DNA of 63,442 bases, the filler included, from Chiloscyllium plagiosum (taxonomy: Eukaryota): the NCBI RefSeq assembly GCF_004010195.1. It is 3 parts of one record of this genome, joined end to end, with 100 filler letters (N's around TTAATTAATTAA, not from the genome) between each part and the next. Parts side by side here need not be neighbours in the genome. Positions count along the whole stretch, not along the records: positions 53,880 to 63,442 come from NC_057716.1; 2 more parts are not named here. One strand, given 5' to 3'. The stretch's first letter is position 1, and every line of letters begins with the position of its first letter. This document shows, piece after piece, positions 62,731-63,442 of this stretch. A program made the position numbers and the translations under genes. The notes under the pieces were generated by a model, which was given only the letters and a program-made list of their open reading frames with translations, did not search any database and was not told the origin of the DNA.

Positions 62731-63029
62731 CTTTCTCCTTCAGAACTGCTTCTTCATATTTTATATGATATTGACCCATTACAAAGAGAATTGGGATTCA
62801 ATACAGATCCAAAGCTGATCCAATAACCATCAACTTGGAAATATATCGCCGTTCCTTCAGTGTCACTGGGTCAGAATCCTGGAATTCCCTCCCTAAGAGC
62901 ATTGTGGGTCAACCCACAGCACATGGACTGCAGCGGTTCAAGAAGGCAGCTCACCCCCACCTTCTCAAAGGGCAACTAGGGACGGGGAATAAATGCTGGG
63001 CCCAACCAGTGACACAAACTTCATCGAAA

Positions 63030-63442
63030 ATAGAACAATACAGCACAGAACAGGCCCTTCGGCCCTCGATGTTGCGCTGACCTATGAACTATTCTCAGCT
63101 CGTCCCCCTACACTATCCCATCATCATCCATGTGCTTATCCAAGGATTGTTTAAATCTCCCTAATGGGTCTGAGTTGACTACATTGGGAGGCAGGGCATT
63201 CCACGCCCTTACCGCTCTCTGAGTAAAGAACCTGCCTCTGACATCTGTCTTAAATCTATCACCCCTCAATTTGTAGTTATGCCCCCTCGTACACGCTGAC
63301 GTCATCATCCTAGGAAAAAGACTTTCACTGTCTACCCTATCTAATCCTCTGATCATCTTGTATGTCTCTATCAAATTCCCCCTTAGACTTCTTCTCTCCA
63401 ATGAGAACCAGCCTTTCCTCATAAGACCTTCCCTCCAGACCA
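63030..63442 (-). mobile_element. Young CR1 3' end running off the window
   Basis: FSLERRSLRGNLIETYKMIRGLDRVD...FFTQRAVRAWNALP. Confidence 0.9.

Noticed and set aside
38457..63442. Upstream TNS1 C1-domain exons (CHRKC.AK etc.)
   Set aside because: Looked for on the minus strand and not found; they probably lie beyond the window.

Overview
Eukaryotic, repeat-saturated genomic DNA from a cartilaginous fish (HE1/V-SINEs, shark-type CR1 LINEs and Penelope elements). Almost the whole window is intronic sequence of a tensin gene, best matching TNS1. Four short exons can be read with canonical splice sites. Two are C2-domain exons at 2203-2263 and 2028-2103 (minus; GCRPFLKIYQSMQPVYTSGIY / [25 protein letters not shown]). 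One is the exon just after the C1 domain at 38418-38456 (minus; VTTLCVPPVNYEL). The probable next exon, at 29311-29352, lies on the PLUS strand. That strand conflict, plus a 10-bp satellite whose tail continues at 3070, indicates that the contig 3070-35724 between two 500-N gaps is inverted in the assembly. The PTP-domain exons are missing from the window. None of the supplied long ORFs is a host gene; they are satellites, N runs or transposon fragments. The most interesting hidden signal is more than 15 minimal hammerhead-ribozyme motifs (CUGANGA-A-stem II-GAAA, with a loopless palindromic stem III) in three or four sequence families. They sit on short Penelope-derived elements, several with target-site duplications or arranged as inverted pairs. 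Two intact cores (9832-9866 and 44655-44682) are in the inferred sense orientation of the TNS1 pre-mRNA. Penelope hammerheads are an established class, so any novelty is limited to these shark short elements. Also present are a decayed Ty3/Gypsy pol relic, minisatellites born inside LINE coding sequence, perfect higher-order repeats and a templated local insertion.
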